DNA from: a virus
Strand: one strand, 5' to 3'
Length of the DNA: 64,000 bases
Virus record (IMG/VR): IMGVR_UViG_3300035703_000053
Coordinates: 19,754 to 83,753 of that record
Position 1 is the stretch's first letter, and each line of letters begins with the position of its first letter. Of this stretch, positions 63,866-64,000 are shown piece after piece. Under the pieces are notes generated by a model. The model saw only the letters and a program-made list of their open reading frames with translations. It had not been told where the DNA came from and did no database searches. A program made the translations under genes and the position numbers.

Positions 63866-64000
63866 TGCGTGAGGGCTTGGAGAGTGGAGTTACTCAGGCG
63901 CTGGGGGAAGTAGGTGAGGCGGCGGATGGTGCCGTTTACGGATTGGCCAGATGCGAAGTTCTGCCCAATGTGGATTCTGTCTGGTGTTGGAACTGTTGCT
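63862..64000 (-). CDS. C-terminal end of a fibre/LamG-like protein (truncated by window)
   Basis: ...VNGTIRRLTYFPQRLSNSTLQALTQ*. Confidence 0.6.
   Translation of the reverse strand, partial: ATVPTPDRIHIGQNFASGQSVNGTIRRLTYFPQRLSNSTLQALTQ

Noticed and set aside
1-64000. Retron, DGR, integrase or phage RNA polymerase
   Set aside because: No reverse transcriptase, recombinase or RNAP motifs were recognised in any ORF of this window.

Overview
The whole window is part of a dsDNA tailed-phage genome, most likely a cyanophage: it has two NblA-like genes, thyX, dcd, a Dps-like gene and a T7-type family A polymerase. The minus-strand arm (about 3.7-34 kb) holds the virion and packaging genes: terminase large subunit, probable portal, scaffold-like gene, a major capsid gene split by a 993-nt group I intron carrying a LAGLIDADG gene, and three predicted peptidoglycan hydrolases. 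Most of these genes are preceded by a TA(A/G/T)AAT box. The plus-strand arm (34.1-62 kb) holds many small early genes, then replication genes: DNA polymerase with a 254-aa intein in ExoIII, SSB-like genes and a Gp157-like gene. The most striking signal is non-coding. The early and middle genes are arranged as cassettes of the form stop codon, structured RNA element, AC-rich leader, gene. At least six repeated RNA families take part: four H-type pseudoknot families, an anticodon-less tRNA-like T-loop module and a bistable hairpin. Most show compensatory base changes between copies. A separate predicted minus-strand transcript near 63.0-63.5 kb carries a roughly 330-nt structured RNA followed by two tRNA-like RNAs with intact T arms but disrupted anticodon arms. 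All calls come from reading the sequence by eye; no database search or folding program was run.
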